This document shows, piece after piece, positions 1 through 10,030 of a DNA stretch of 64,000 bases (its first letter is position 1; each line of letters begins with the position of its first letter). The translations under genes were made by a program, and so were the position numbers. The notes under the pieces were generated by a model. The model saw only the letters and a program-made list of their open reading frames with translations. It did not search any database and was not told where the DNA came from. The stretch is taken from the sequence record LC680884.1; one strand, written 5' to 3'.

Positions 1-30
1 TGAAATAATGGAGGAGGTCTTAGAACTATA

Positions 31-456
31 GTGGCTGATGATATATTTAAGAGTGAACTCCTTTTGGAAAAGAGTATATATAACACTAATGCTGAGAGGA
101 AAGATTTAGAAGCATTAGCACAGACTATTCAAAATTTAATGATAATTGAACAAGGTACATATCCTAATCAACCAGAATTAGGCGTAGGTATCGAAAATTA
201 TCAATTTGAATTTATTGATGATCAATTAAAACAAGAATTAAAAGAGAAAGTTGATAATCAAATAAGTAAATTTATACCAACCAATATAGGAATACAATTT
301 GATTTGGATACAGTAGATAATGATAGAGGATCTAAAATACTTGTTTTTACCTTTATTGTTTCAAGAGATATTCAGACTACTAATGATCCTGATCAAATTA
401 CTATTATATTTGGTAGGCAAAGTAATAAAAAAGTTATATCTAAAATTATTTTATAA
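31..456 (+). CDS. Baseplate wedge protein, T4 gp25/GPW-like
   Basis: GTG start after GGAGGAGG. NLMIIEQGTYPNQPELGVGIENYQFE resembles the gp25 motif (L..T..GERP..P.FG...LFE). Confidence 0.65.
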   Translation: MADDIFKSELLLEKSIYNTNAERKDLEALAQTIQNLMIIEQGTYPNQPELGVGIENYQFEFIDDQLKQELKEKVDNQISKFIPTNIGIQFDLDTVDNDRGSKILVFTFIVSRDIQTTNDPDQITIIFGRQSNKKVISKIIL

Positions 457-470
457 CGGAGGACAAAATA

Positions 471-1667
471 ATGAGTAAAAGACAAGAAGTTATGAAAAAA
501 CTTTCTGAAAAAGAGATTAAAGATTTTGGTTTAAAAAGTGAAGAGGAAATTGAAGATCTACATGAAGAACTAGGTATTGTCGAAGATGAGGAAGAAAATA
601 TTGAAGAAGAAATTGTAGAAGAAAAACCTAAAAAGAAAGCTGTTTCAAAAAAGAAAACATCAACACAAACCAAAAAGAAAAGTAATAAAAAGAAAACATC
701 AGATAATTCGGATATAAGAGATATCCTTAGTGGTATTACTATTGATGTATCAAATATTGAATTTTCTGAAAAGAGTCCATTAGAAAGTACATCTGATATT
801 GATTTTATTCTAAATGGAAAACCTACTTTCCAAGTTGTTGCCAATCAATCGGCATATATCGCACATATGGAATCAATTAGAATGGCTGATATTAATTCTA
901 TTGTAAATTCTACTATGTCTCCATCTGCTTCTAGACAAAAGCTTTATAAGATTGTATATAGTAAAATTAATGCAACATCTCTAGGAAAAATTAGTTATAA
1001 AGATTGGTTAAGAATTACTTCATTCTATGATTTTAATACTTTACTTTATGGCATCTATTGTCAAACTTACCCAACTGATAGTACATTTGAAATTAGTTGC
1101 GGTCATTGCCAAGGAACTAATACTGTTATCGTTAATAATGAAACATTAGTGGACGTAAAAGATGAAGAAACTTTTGCTAAGTTACATGAGATTATTGGGA
1201 ATGTTAGTAATGTAGATGAGTTGCTAGAAAAATCACTTGTTAATAAATTTAACCGTATTGTATTACCGCATGATAAGATTTTATTAGATATTCAAACACC
1301 TTCATTGTATGATCATTTAGAATTGATCGGCTCAGTAAATCCAGAGATGCTACAAGAAAATGAGCAAATCTTAACAACAATGATGTTTATTAAAAACCTT
1401 TATGTAATTGACATTCAACAACTTAAAGCTAATAATAAAGTAAAATATGTAAAAATTGATGATAAAGAGTCAATCTTCCAAATCATTAAGAATCTTGAAG
1501 TGGAAGATGTTAAAGCATTAGCGCAAGCAATTTCTGATCGTTCAGAAAAATATGCTATTGATTATAAAATTAAAACTCATAAATGTAGTAATTGCGGAGA
1601 ACAGTTAGGAGATATCGAGATCGATATGGAAGAAATGCTTTTTCATCGTCTTCTTCAGGAGGATTAA
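471..1667 (+). CDS. Baseplate hub/tail assembly chaperone (T4 gp26/gp51-like) with Zn ribbons
   Basis: Acidic/Lys-rich N-terminus, CGHC and CSNC Cys pairs, follows the gp25-like gene. Confidence 0.5.
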   Translation: MSKRQEVMKKLSEKEIKDFGLKSEEEIEDLHEELGIVEDEEENIEEEIVEEKPKKKAVSKKKTSTQTKKKSNKKKTSDNSDIRDILSGITIDVSNIEFSEKSPLESTSDIDFILNGKPTFQVVANQSAYIAHMESIRMADINSIVNSTMSPSASRQKLYKIVYSKINATSLGKISYKDWLRITSFYDFNTLLYGIYCQTYPTDSTFEISCGHCQGTNTVIVNNETLVDVKDEETFAKLHEIIGNVSNVDELLEKSLVNKFNRIVLPHDKILLDIQTPSLYDHLELIGSVNPEMLQENEQILTTMMFIKNLYVIDIQQLKANNKVKYVKIDDKESIFQIIKNLEVEDVKALAQAISDRSEKYAIDYKIKTHKCSNCGEQLGDIEIDMEEMLFHRLLQED

Positions 1668-1894
1668 AAGGTGGTCTTAAACGAAAGACTGAACTGGATG
1701 CTAAATACCAGTTATACCTTTTGGACTTATTTGATGGTAAAATAAGTATCAGCGAAATGATCAATATGGATCTATCAATGCTAATCAGTCTGGAGAAGGA
1801 AAAAGCAAAACAAGTTGAAAAAGAAGCTAAAAAAATAATGAAGGCTCAACAAGATTCAAAAGAAAAACCTAAAACTATTACTAACAAAAAATAG
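1592..1894 (+). CDS. Overlapping -1-frame ORF, probable C-terminal extension of the upstream chaperone
   Basis: Open in the -1 frame over the last 76 nt of 471-1667. No SD-linked in-frame start. YLLDLFDGKISISEMINMDLSML resembles the second module of tail chaperones. Confidence 0.5.
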   Translation: MRRTVRRYRDRYGRNAFSSSSSGGLKGGLKRKTELDAKYQLYLLDLFDGKISISEMINMDLSMLISLEKEKAKQVEKEAKKIMKAQQDSKEKPKTITNKK

Positions 1895-1946
1895 TATATA
1901 TGTTCTTCTTTTACTCTCATGAGGGGAAAGAAAGGTAGAGGGAAAG

Positions 1947-2279
1947 ATGAACAATGAAAATTATATCATCTATGGTGAATTAACTAAAACAGATAATGAA
2001 AAATATAAATCAGAGAATTTTTTTAAAGGTTTAGAATATAGAAAGAATGCTCTAAAGATTATTGAAATACTAGAAAGTATAGAGTATTATAAAATTGTAA
2101 GAGGTTTTCTATGTGAGAACCTCTCTGATGATAATTCAATTAATACCTTTAAAAATTGTCACATTAAACTATTGTCAGATAAAAATAAAGAAAAAGCCAT
2201 AGAAGTTATTAATAATCATAAATATGTAGATGAAGTAAAAGTACTATCAGAAAATGAAATTGTATTTTTAATAAAATAG
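1947..2279 (+). CDS. Hypothetical protein
   Basis: 110-aa ORF with purine-rich RBS. Confidence 0.7.
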   Translation: MNNENYIIYGELTKTDNEKYKSENFFKGLEYRKNALKIIEILESIEYYKIVRGFLCENLSDDNSINTFKNCHIKLLSDKNKEKAIEVINNHKYVDEVKVLSENEIVFLIK

Positions 2280-2320
2280 TTTTCTATGTTCCAAAAGAGA
2301 GAAATCAGGAGGAAATTAAT

Positions 2321-4009
2321 ATGTCAGTTAAATCAAATGTAGCAGATCAAAGTAAGACAAAAGAAGTAATAACAGAAACCTTAAATACGCTCACAACTAT
2401 TCTTTCTAATAGTCTTGGACCATATGGTTCAACTTCTATTATACAAGATAAATTAACTGTAAATCATGCTATTACAAAAGATGGTTATAGTATTTTAAAT
2501 AAAATTAAGTTTGATAATGAAATTGCTTCAACAATTTTAGATATTGTAAAGAAAATTAGTAGAAGCTTAGTACGTGAAGTTGGTGATGGTTCAACTTCTG
2601 CTATTGTAGTATCAAATTCTCTCTTTAAAGAGTTAGACTCATTGATCACTGAATTTAAAGTACCTCGTAAAGATATTATTGATACACTGGCTAAATTCGA
2701 AGAAGTATTAGTAGAATTTATTAAAAATGAAGCAACAGAAATTACAGAAGAAAATTTTAATATTATTAAAGAGATTGCTACAGTATCTAATAATAATGAT
2801 GAAAAAGCAGGTCAAATTATTTATGATATTTATAAAGAGATTGGTGCTAATGGATTTATTAATTTAGAATTATCTGATGATATAGTAGATAGTTATACTG
2901 TAACTAAAGGAATTGAATTAAATAGAGGCTACATTACCAATGATTTTGCCAATCAAGTGGATAAAGTAACTACTGAACTTAAAGATGCTTTAGTATTTAT
3001 GTCTAATCAAACATTAGATGAGAGTGACTCAGATTTAATTGGTAGCTTAATGGGTGATGTCATGCTTGGGAGAAAAAAACCATTAGTTATCATTTCTAAA
3101 GGTTATTCTTCAGAAATAGTCAACATGTTAAGAATTAATCACCGAAGAGATGAATTAAAAGATTTAGTGGCAATTGATTATGCACTTGCTACTGATCACC
3201 ATCGTGAATCATTTGAAGATCTTGCTATATATTTAGGTGCTACTATTTATGATAAATTTGAGATGGGACAATTAGATGCATTTGATATTGATAAACTAGG
3301 AAAATGTAATAAAGTAACAGTCAATGAAAATACATCAAAGCTTATTGAAGGTCAAGGGGATCCTGAAGCCATCAAAGAAAGAATTGAATATCTAAATACA
3401 AGATTAGAAGAAATTAATAAACGTGAAAAATATATCGACACTACAGAAGATGAATATAGAATTAAAAAGAGAATTGCAGATTTAAATTGTTCTATTGCTA
3501 ATCTTTTTATTGGAGGAAGTACAGAGTTAGAAAAAGAAACTCGTAAATTTCTCATGGAAGATGCAGTTTTTGCATGTCGTTCGGCTTTACGTAATGGTTA
3601 TATCTCTGGTGGAAATTTAATTATTCCTAGAATTATTGATAAGAATTTAGATGTTATTATTGAAAAAATTATTTCTGATAAATCCCTATTTAGATATTTT
3701 AATGATGATGAGAAATATAATTTTATCAAAGAATTTAGCATTAAGATCAAACAAGCATTCAGAAATTCTTTTGAGACTGTTTTAATGAATAAGTTTGAAG
3801 ATAATGAAAATCTAATTGATGATATTATTTCAGAGTGTATTGTTAATGATAAAATTTACAATCTCAAGACTGATGAATTTGAAGATATTAGTAATACTAA
3901 AATTATTAACTCAACACAAACTGATATTGAAATAATGAAAGCTACTTTTAGTATCATTGGACTTTTAGTTACTAGTAATCAATTCGTTTCTGTTCAGTAT
4001 CAGCAATAA
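2321..4009 (+). CDS. groEL: Phage GroEL-like chaperonin (AR9 gp228-like)
   Basis: LGPYG, ITKDGYSI, EVGDGSTSAIV and GGN chaperonin motifs; SD AGGAGG. Confidence 0.95.
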   Translation: MSVKSNVADQSKTKEVITETLNTLTTILSNSLGPYGSTSIIQDKLTVNHAITKDGYSILNKIKFDNEIASTILDIVKKISRSLVREVGDGSTSAIVVSNSLFKELDSLITEFKVPRKDIIDTLAKFEEVLVEFIKNEATEITEENFNIIKEIATVSNNNDEKAGQIIYDIYKEIGANGFINLELSDDIVDSYTVTKGIELNRGYITNDFANQVDKVTTELKDALVFMSNQTLDESDSDLIGSLMGDVMLGRKKPLVIISKGYSSEIVNMLRINHRRDELKDLVAIDYALATDHHRESFEDLAIYLGATIYDKFEMGQLDAFDIDKLGKCNKVTVNENTSKLIEGQGDPEAIKERIEYLNTRLEEINKREKYIDTTEDEYRIKKRIADLNCSIANLFIGGSTELEKETRKFLMEDAVFACRSALRNGYISGGNLIIPRIIDKNLDVIIEKIISDKSLFRYFNDDEKYNFIKEFSIKIKQAFRNSFETVLMNKFEDNENLIDDIISECIVNDKIYNLKTDEFEDISNTKIINSTQTDIEIMKATFSIIGLLVTSNQFVSVQYQQ

Positions 4010-4015
4010 TCTTAA

Positions 4016-4056
4016 ATTGATTAGACATTATAAAACATTTATAATGTCTAATCAAT
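4016..4056 (+). terminator. Stem-loop after the chaperonin gene
   Basis: 19-bp perfect inverted repeat with a 3-nt loop. Confidence 0.65.
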
Positions 4057-4080
4057 ATATTTTCTAAAGGAGGAAATATA

Positions 4081-4905
4081 GTGGCGATTGTAACGATGAA
4101 TCAATTATTACAAAATCCTTCTGGTAAATATTCAGCTTACTTTGCAAGAAGGGATATTACTATTCAAAACCTAAAAGATAGATTTTATGAAATGATGAAG
4201 CAACATAAAGATTTTAAATTAGAAATAATGAAAGATAAAGATATTTATTATTTTTATTTTAAAATACCATCAGAAACATATGAAAAATTATTTTATGATG
4301 TTGTATTACAATTTTCTCCAATAAACGATCAAGCTAACTCAGATTTTACATTCAATAACTATAGTGTAAGATTATTTAGCAATGCACCTAATTTTTTATT
4401 TACGTATGCCTATGTATATAATCAAGATGGAATTCTGATTGATTTCCTTAAGAAAAAAATATCTAATAAAGCTTTAAATGAACCTCCTAATACACGAAAT
4501 CCCATTCAATCTTATGGATTTGAAAAAAGTGTTTACTTTGCACTACTATATATTAAACACAGAAGATTTAATGTTAAATCTGTTATTAGTACTACTAGTA
4601 TTAAAAAATTCTCTAAGACTCTTTTATTAAAGGCAGTTGATTCAACTGACGAAAAATTAAAGCAATATAATAGGGTTAAGAACAATGAGATGACTAAGAA
4701 GAAATCTCAAAAAAGAGTTGCAAAGAAAGAGAAAAATAGTTATAATGGAGAAGTGAGAAAAACTTTGAAGGAAGACTCTCAGAAATCTAATAGTCGTCCT
4801 ACAACTAGAAAGTCTCTTAAGAAAAATCCTCAAGAAAGAAACAAACGTCCTAACATGAAAAGAGACATGAAGAAAAATATGAGTGTTAGAAAGAAGAAAA
4901 AGTAA
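4081..4905 (+). CDS. Hypothetical protein with long Lys/Arg-rich C-terminal tail
   Basis: GTG start after AAGGAGG; 274 aa; last ~75 aa highly basic. Confidence 0.8.
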   Translation: MAIVTMNQLLQNPSGKYSAYFARRDITIQNLKDRFYEMMKQHKDFKLEIMKDKDIYYFYFKIPSETYEKLFYDVVLQFSPINDQANSDFTFNNYSVRLFSNAPNFLFTYAYVYNQDGILIDFLKKKISNKALNEPPNTRNPIQSYGFEKSVYFALLYIKHRRFNVKSVISTTSIKKFSKTLLLKAVDSTDEKLKQYNRVKNNEMTKKKSQKRVAKKEKNSYNGEVRKTLKEDSQKSNSRPTTRKSLKKNPQERNKRPNMKRDMKKNMSVRKKKK

Positions 4906-4916
4906 TATAACACTTT

Positions 4917-4929
4917 AAATATATATTAT
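4917..4929 (+). promoter_or_regulatory. Putative early (virion RNAP) promoter AAATATATATTAT
   Basis: Exact 13-mer recurring in several intergenic regions; precedes the gp226-like gene. Confidence 0.7.
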
Positions 4930-4966
4930 AAAAAAGATTCTCACATCATGAAATAATATAGGAGGT

Positions 4967-6361
4967 ATGGACATTTTGGAGAATTATGTAAGCTTTGATG
5001 AACAAGCAAGAGACATTAATATTGCGTTTGATAAATTATTTGGGAGGGATGACATCTCTCACATGAATAATTTCTCAATTAATAAGAGATCATACTATAA
5101 CTGTTTAGACCAGATTAGTGATGATCTAAATTTAGTACTTAATAAATATAATGACTTAGCATATTCATTATTAGAAATTCGGTATAATATGGCTACAAAA
5201 GAAAATTATACTCATATGGAATTTTATAGTGACATTGAAAGATTATTTATTAAGAATGAGAAATTATTAAATGTCATCTCAGATATTGTAGAAGAAGAAT
5301 ATGATCTTGATCTCAACCAAGCAAGTAAAGGAAAGAAAATTAATATTGAACTTCAGGTAACAGATAACCTTAATAAGATTTATCTTAAGAGTTCAGTATT
5401 GATGAGAATTTTAATACCAATACTCTGTGACTTTAATTGTGATGATGATATTAACGAAGTTTTGGTTTATGATATTTTTAAAGAAGTCATTAAAAGTTTT
5501 GATGATGGTAAAAAGAATGCACTCAATAAATTATATAAGATTATCTACAGTCGAGTATTTGAAACTAAATATTCAGATGTAGTTATTTGGACTTACTTAA
5601 AGAATATGTCTACTGACTTAATGATCATTGTAAAAGATTATTTTAAAGTAATTATTAAGAAAATCTTCCCTAAATTAAAACATAATAGTTCTGTTATATC
5701 ATATCTTGATGTAGTTATTAAACAAAAACTAAAATACTTATTTACATTTAAATATCCAATTAGTTATAAACCTCTTAAAGCAGAAACAACTGATGATGAG
5801 GAGCTATCAGAACAAGAACGTATGGAAATTAACTTGCTTAGAAATGACCAAGGTAATTCCATAATTAACGAATGTAGTATTAAACAGGAAATTGCAAAAA
5901 TTAAAAAGAAATATAATGTAACTGATGAAGTAATGAAAGAATTTATTAATGGAAGAGAATTAAACTCCATTCAGATTTATTTAGTTAAGATTTATTATTC
6001 TAATAAGTTTAAAGTAAATTCTAATAAAAATGATATCTTTTATTTATTATATGGAATGACGAGAGAACTTGGGGAAATGAATTTTAGTATTATTCCAGAG
6101 ATTTTAAGTTGTGCTATTGCACCAAATGTTAGAAAAATGAATAATCGTAAAAAGCTTGTTGATAAAATTATTCATTCTGATAAATATTCTTATCTTCTTA
6201 AGAGTTATCTTCCTATTAAAAATATCTTGGACAAAAATAATGTTATCCTTCAGTTAATGACAATTAAAAATGCTAAGTTTATGAATAAAGAAAATAAAGA
6301 AGTAGATTTCTCTACGGATCATTTAGCAGAAGAAGTTCTTGATATGTTATTGTGTATCTAA
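4967..6361 (+). CDS. Promoter-specificity (sigma-like) subunit of non-virion RNA polymerase, AR9 gp226-like
   Basis: 464 aa, MDILENYVSFDEQARDINIAF...EEVLDMLLCI, recognised from memory as AR9 gp226. Gene order next to the chaperonin fits. Needs BLAST confirmation. Confidence 0.85.
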   Translation: MDILENYVSFDEQARDINIAFDKLFGRDDISHMNNFSINKRSYYNCLDQISDDLNLVLNKYNDLAYSLLEIRYNMATKENYTHMEFYSDIERLFIKNEKLLNVISDIVEEEYDLDLNQASKGKKINIELQVTDNLNKIYLKSSVLMRILIPILCDFNCDDDINEVLVYDIFKEVIKSFDDGKKNALNKLYKIIYSRVFETKYSDVVIWTYLKNMSTDLMIIVKDYFKVIIKKIFPKLKHNSSVISYLDVVIKQKLKYLFTFKYPISYKPLKAETTDDEELSEQERMEINLLRNDQGNSIINECSIKQEIAKIKKKYNVTDEVMKEFINGRELNSIQIYLVKIYYSNKFKVNSNKNDIFYLLYGMTRELGEMNFSIIPEILSCAIAPNVRKMNNRKKLVDKIIHSDKYSYLLKSYLPIKNILDKNNVILQLMTIKNAKFMNKENKEVDFSTDHLAEEVLDMLLCI

Positions 6362-6363
6362 TA

Positions 6364-6398
6364 AAAAGGACAATACCAACTAAAGGTATTGTCCTTTT
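6364..6398 (+). terminator. Intrinsic terminator
   Basis: AAAAGGACAATACC / GGTATTGTCCTTTT stem followed by T-rich sequence. Confidence 0.75.
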
Positions 6399-6436
6399 AA
6401 ATTTTTTATTTTGAAGATCTTTTAAAGAGATAATTT

Positions 6437-6448
6437 AACAGTTTTTTA
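6437..6448 (+). promoter_or_regulatory. AR9-type late promoter AACA-N6-TA
   Basis: AACA-GTTTTT-TA upstream of primase. Confidence 0.55.
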
Positions 6449-6471
6449 GTACTAAACTATGGGAGAAGGAT

Positions 6472-7512
6472 TTGATGAACAATAACCTCTTGTATTCACA
6501 TCTAAAATCTAAACTACGTGTTTGTGGCTTATCAGGAAAAAAAGATGAGATTTTTATTAGGTGTATTTTCTGTGGAGACAGTACTAAAGATCCAAATAGT
6601 GCTCACTTTTACATAATGAATAGAGCGCCATATAAATATTACTGTCAGAAGTGTCATTCTAGTGGAATTATAACATCAAATTTCCTAAGCAGACTTAAAA
6701 TTGCTGATTATAATTTAATAAGCCACATTAATGAGGCTAATATATCTTATAAAAAGAAATTATCATATAAATATGGTAGTGAAATTAATTATTTTAATAA
6801 TGATAAGATAATAAATTTCTATCCTAATCAGTATACAGAATTGGAGAATAAGAAAATAAGATACCTATCCGATAGATTAAAAATTGATTTTGTTGAGAGT
6901 GATCTAGAGAAGTATAAAATTGTCTTAAATCCAATTGATTTCTTCAAGAATAATAATATCGATATTACAAAGAGAATTAAAAATGATAAACAAAAGAATT
7001 TATTTAAAAAGGTACAAGAACATTCTATAGGTTTTCTAACGGCAGATAAGAATACTATCATCTGTAGAAGTCTTGATCCAAAAATTACTGGATTTCGTTA
7101 TCATAATTTTTCGTTGTTTCCTGATATGGTAGAATCAAAAAAGCTATATGCTTTAAAGAAAAAATTAGACTTGTCTGAATCAGAACATAAAATTATCATG
7201 ACTGAGGGAATCATAGATTTGATTGGGGTAAACAATCATATCTATAACAAAGACGACAAACCTTTATACGTATCTGGTAATGGAACATCCTTTTTACTTG
7301 TTTTAGATCACCTAGCATCATTATCACTCTTGAATGTGGATATTGAAATATATTCAGATAAAGATGTTACCTTAGATTTTTATAAGTATATTATTAAGAA
7401 TAATAGGCTTGCAAGATTTAATGGTCTTAATATCTTTTACAATAAGATAGTAAAAGATTATGGGGTAGAAAAATCTAAAATTGAATTAACAAAAGGAATA
7501 ACACTTCCTTAA
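6472..7512 (+). CDS. DNA primase (T4 gp61-like)
   Basis: Zn-binding CIFCGDS...HFYI...CQKC plus TOPRIM motifs IIMTEGIIDL and YSDKD. Confidence 0.8.
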   Translation: MMNNNLLYSHLKSKLRVCGLSGKKDEIFIRCIFCGDSTKDPNSAHFYIMNRAPYKYYCQKCHSSGIITSNFLSRLKIADYNLISHINEANISYKKKLSYKYGSEINYFNNDKIINFYPNQYTELENKKIRYLSDRLKIDFVESDLEKYKIVLNPIDFFKNNNIDITKRIKNDKQKNLFKKVQEHSIGFLTADKNTIICRSLDPKITGFRYHNFSLFPDMVESKKLYALKKKLDLSESEHKIIMTEGIIDLIGVNNHIYNKDDKPLYVSGNGTSFLLVLDHLASLSLLNVDIEIYSDKDVTLDFYKYIIKNNRLARFNGLNIFYNKIVKDYGVEKSKIELTKGITLP

Positions 7513-7525
7513 TAGGAGGAATTAT

Positions 7526-7945
7526 ATGTTAATCATATATGATACCAGAACTGGTAGTACCAGATCTTTTGTAAAGGATTGTGGTTTTACTAACGCTAAA
7601 CGTATAAGTAAGGATCTAATTGTAGAAGAGCCATTTGTATTAGTAACTTATACAACTACCTTAAGGATTGATGGAGTAAAACAAAACGGATTACCTCCAA
7701 CCTCAACTATGGAATTTCTAAAGCATAATGGTGAATACCTTGTAGGAGTTGCCGCAAGTGGTGATAGAAACTGGGGAAAAGAAAATTTTGCTAAAAGCGC
7801 TGATTATATATGTGAAAGGTATAATAACGCAAAGCTTATATGTAAATTCCAAAAACGAGGAACAGAGAGAGATAGAAGTGTATTTATAAAAGGAGTGGAA
7901 TTATTAGATGAAGGATTATCTCAAATACAACAACAGTATCACTAA
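7526..7945 (+). CDS. nrdI: Class Ib ribonucleotide reductase flavodoxin NrdI
   Basis: YDTRTGSTRSFV, GVAASGDRNWG, FAKSAD, KFQKRGT. Confidence 0.92.
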   Translation: MLIIYDTRTGSTRSFVKDCGFTNAKRISKDLIVEEPFVLVTYTTTLRIDGVKQNGLPPTSTMEFLKHNGEYLVGVAASGDRNWGKENFAKSADYICERYNNAKLICKFQKRGTERDRSVFIKGVELLDEGLSQIQQQYH

Positions 7946-10004
7946 AAAAGGTGACAATGGTTTTTGGCAGTTAGAAAATGACAAATTAGCTATTTCTTCT
8001 TTTGCAGAAGAAATTGATGAATATTCTATTAAGTTTCCAAATTTACTTGAACGTCTTAATTGGTTAATTGGAAATAACTATTACTATAATGTATTTCAAG
8101 ATTATAGTTTATCACAAATTGAAGAAGTTTATAAAGCGATCAATAAAGTACCATTCAGTTTCCAATCATTTATGGCTATCTCCAAATTTTATAGTACTTA
8201 TGCCTTGAAAACTACAGATAAAAAACATTACTTAGAAACTTACCAAGATAGGATTGCTATTGTTGCTCTATATCTATTTGATGGGGATCTAGAAAAAGCA
8301 ATTCAAGCCGCTGTTGCAATGATAGAACAAAGAGTTCAACCTGCTACTCCTACTTTCCTTAATGCTGGTAAAGCAAGAAGAGGAGAACTTGTATCTTGTT
8401 TCTTAGATGAAGTTGATGATACTCTAAACTCAATTAGTCATATTGAAGGACAATCAAAATATCTCTCTAAAATTGGTGGAGGGGTTTCAACAAATGTTTC
8501 TAAATTAAGAATGCTTGGAGATCCAGTAAACGGTGAAGAAAATGCCGCTAAAGGTGTTATTCCTGTAATGAAGTTATTGGAACAAAGTTTCTCTTATGCT
8601 GATCAGATGGGTCAGCGCAAAGGTTCAGGAGCCGTTTATCTTAATATTTTTCATGGAGATATTATTCATTTCCTAAATACTAAAAAAATCAATGCTGACG
8701 ATAGCATTCGTATGAAAACACTTTCAACTGGAATTATTGTTCCTGATAAATTTATTCAATTGCTAGAATCAGGAGAAGAAGAGTTCTATACATTCTCTCC
8801 TTATAGTGTCGAAAAAGAATATGGAATTCCTTTAGATGAGATGGATCTAGATGTAATGTATGATGAATTAGTTAATAATCCAAATATCAAAAAATTTGTA
8901 TGTGAATTATCACCAATGAAACTAATGAATCAAATTGCAATGACTCAATTAGAATCAGGATACCCTTATCTGTTCTTCAAAACAAATGCTAATAAAGAAC
9001 ATGCTTTAAAAGCAATTGGTGAAATTAAATTCTCTAACCTTTGCACTGAAATTATGCAGTTAAGTTCAGTATCAGTAATTAATGATTATGGAGAAGAAGA
9101 TGAATTAGGATTGGGAATCAGTTGTAACCTTGCATCATTAAATATCGTTAATGTAATGGAGACTAAAAAATTTAAAGATTCTGTTGATATTGCAATGGAT
9201 ATTTTAACATCTGTAACAGATAAGAGTGATATCAAAAACGCACCATCTATAAGAAAAGCAAATGCACTATTCCATTCAGTTGGTTTAGGTGCAATGAACT
9301 TACATGGCTTCCTTGCTAAAAATAGTATTTCATATGAAAGTGCTGTAGCAAGAGACTTTGCTAATGTATTCTTTGCAATTATGAATTTCCATAGTATTAG
9401 ACGTAGTATGGAAACTGCTATTGAGAAAAACAAGAAATTCCATCGTTTTGAAGATTCTGAATATGCTAATGGTAATTATTTCAAGCGTTATATTGAAAAT
9501 GATTATACACCTAGAAGTCAAAAAGTAAAAGAATTATTTGAGGGAATCTTTGTTCCAACAAAAGAAGATTGGGCTGAATTAGCAGAACAAGTAAAAGAAA
9601 ATGGTTTATACCATGCTTATAGACTTGCTATTGCACCTACACAATCAATTAGCTATGTACAGAACTCAACTCAATCCATTATGCCTGTTGTGAGTCGAAT
9701 TGAAAATAGAACTTACCATGATTCTACAACATACTATCCAATGCCATATTTAGATGGTAGAACTCAATGGTCTTACAAATCAGCATATGATATGGATCAA
9801 AATAAAATTATTGACATGGTTGCAGTAATCCAACAACATATTGATCAGGGTATTTCCACTACTTTATTTGTTAATAGCGATATCCCTACAGACCAATTAG
9901 TTGGTCATATGTATTATGCCAATAAACGTGGTTTAAAGAGTCTTTACTATGTACGTAATAGAAGTAAATCAGGAGATGACATCTGCGAATCTTGTGCAGT
10001 TTGA
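7908..10004 (+). CDS. nrdE: Ribonucleotide reductase class Ib alpha subunit
   Basis: QPATPTFLNAG, SCF, FSNLCTEI, AIAPTQSIS and KSLYYVR motifs; uninterrupted. Confidence 0.97.
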   Translation: MKDYLKYNNSITKKGDNGFWQLENDKLAISSFAEEIDEYSIKFPNLLERLNWLIGNNYYYNVFQDYSLSQIEEVYKAINKVPFSFQSFMAISKFYSTYALKTTDKKHYLETYQDRIAIVALYLFDGDLEKAIQAAVAMIEQRVQPATPTFLNAGKARRGELVSCFLDEVDDTLNSISHIEGQSKYLSKIGGGVSTNVSKLRMLGDPVNGEENAAKGVIPVMKLLEQSFSYADQMGQRKGSGAVYLNIFHGDIIHFLNTKKINADDSIRMKTLSTGIIVPDKFIQLLESGEEEFYTFSPYSVEKEYGIPLDEMDLDVMYDELVNNPNIKKFVCELSPMKLMNQIAMTQLESGYPYLFFKTNANKEHALKAIGEIKFSNLCTEIMQLSSVSVINDYGEEDELGLGISCNLASLNIVNVMETKKFKDSVDIAMDILTSVTDKSDIKNAPSIRKANALFHSVGLGAMNLHGFLAKNSISYESAVARDFANVFFAIMNFHSIRRSMETAIEKNKKFHRFEDSEYANGNYFKRYIENDYTPRSQKVKELFEGIFVPTKEDWAELAEQVKENGLYHAYRLAIAPTQSISYVQNSTQSIMPVVSRIENRTYHDSTTYYPMPYLDGRTQWSYKSAYDMDQNKIIDMVAVIQQHIDQGISTTLFVNSDIPTDQLVGHMYYANKRGLKSLYYVRNRSKSGDDICESCAV

Positions 10005-10030
10005 TTTAAAAGAGGAGAGGACTAGATAAA

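Noticed and set aside
1671-1745. 25-aa GTG ORF (MVLNERLNWMLNTSYTFWTYLMVK) with a well-spaced AGGAGG
   Set aside because: It overlaps the more protein-like -1 frame. It is kept only as an alternative to the frameshift model.
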